This document shows positions 63,598-64,000 of a stretch of DNA of 64,000 nt, piece after piece. Position 1 is the stretch's first letter. Each line of letters begins with the position of its first letter. The position numbers were made by a program, and so were the translations under genes. Under the pieces are notes generated by a model. The model searched no databases. It was not told the origin of the DNA and was given only the letters and a program-made list of their open reading frames with translations. The stretch comes from Planctomycetaceae bacterium (lineage in GTDB: Bacteria > Planctomycetota > Planctomycetia > Planctomycetales > Planctomycetaceae): the NCBI GenBank assembly GCA_046349695.1, contig JAXMBV010000036.1, positions 5,713-69,712 on the forward strand, written 5' to 3'.

Positions 63598-64000
63598 TTA
63601 GCTGCGGCCAGACGCTGGCTCGTACTTCGCCGGTACCTGACCCTTCTTGTCGCCAGTGGCAGGGTCAACAACGATGTAGGTCCATTCGACCTTCGTGTAG
63701 CCCATGGTGACCTGCTCCGATGGCAGCGGGCTGCCAGAGGCATTGGCATGAATGCTGTAGCTGCTGACGATCACATCGCTCAGCTTGTACTTCAGGTAGG
63801 GTTCCTGCTTGTTCTTGACGGTTGTGCAGAAGTGAATTTCAACTTCCTTGAAGAAGGTTCCGTTTGCACAGGCTTCCTGCAGCTTTGTGGAAGACTTGTC
63901 CAGCTGTCGGCTGACAACGATGTCGCCCAGAGTCGTGTCGCCCTTGGTTCGCTGCTGGTCCTTTGCGCCTTCTGGCACTGAGCGGAAAATTGGTGAGCTC
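63598..64000 (-). CDS. hcp: T6SS tube protein Hcp (TssD), copy 3, 5' end beyond the window
   Basis: The translation '...SSPIFRSVPEGAKDQQRTKGDTTLGDIVVSRQLDKSSTKLQEACANGTFFKEVEIHFCTTVKNKQEPYLKYKLSDVIVSSYSIHANASGSPLPSEQVTMGYTKVEWTYIVVDPATGDKKGQVPAKYEPASGRS' is near-identical to copy 2. It is truncated at 64000. Confidence 0.9.
   Translation of the reverse strand, partial: SSPIFRSVPEGAKDQQRTKGDTTLGDIVVSRQLDKSSTKLQEACANGTFFKEVEIHFCTTVKNKQEPYLKYKLSDVIVSSYSIHANASGSPLPSEQVTMGYTKVEWTYIVVDPATGDKKGQVPAKYEPASGRS

Larger units (their letters stand above)
62112..64000 (-). repeat. tandem ~743-bp hcp gene cassette (CDS + leader + terminator), at least 2.5 copies
   Basis: The stop codons at 62112, 62854 and 63598 give periods of 742 and 744 bp. 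The coding parts are about 90% identical. The spacers share the terminator hairpin and two short blocks (tcaaagcgagccga; ggttgYcagtttttt). Confidence 0.9.

Overview
The window looks like a Planctomycetota chromosome segment. This is an inference from several hallmarks: giant ORFs of 846 to 3092 aa, an ECF-sigma/Ser-Thr-kinase pair, a TIGR03000-type secreted protein, and N-terminal 'LEDRR'-type motifs. It is almost fully coding and is dominated by minus-strand genes. All calls come from reading the ORF translations and the DNA by eye; no database search was run.

Gene content from left to right:
- A zinc-ribbon membrane protein and a CBM9-like secreted protein.
- A HerA-type ATPase next to an ADP-ribosylglycohydrolase-like gene and a PARG/macro-like gene.
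- An SBBP beta-propeller protein.
- An ECF sigma factor with a TPR Ser/Thr kinase.
- tRNA-Arg(TCT).
- An XPB-like helicase with a DUF790 (Bax1-like) nuclease.
- A type VI secretion (T6SS) block containing TssL, TssK, a 547-aa TssM-like protein that lacks the periplasmic domain, and two flanking single-pass proteins of about 1600 aa, one with a VWA/MIDAS domain.
- Two small Planctomycete-type secreted proteins, each with its own terminator.
- A 1954-aa kinase/coiled-coil/WD40 protein.
- A 3092-aa adhesin-like protein containing about 4.5 near-identical 798-bp tandem repeats.
- An operon of three HlyD-type adaptors, one fused to an M50 intramembrane protease, divergent from a TolC-like lipoprotein, with no pump gene.
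- A second T6SS block: an FHA protein, VgrG and three tandem hcp copies, the last truncated by the window edge.

The most interesting candidate is the atypical T6SS envelope module: the truncated TssM plus the twin giant proteins, with no TssJ seen. The pump-less M50/HlyD/TolC cluster sits between the two T6SS halves. No rRNA, CRISPR array, transposase or integrase was recognised.
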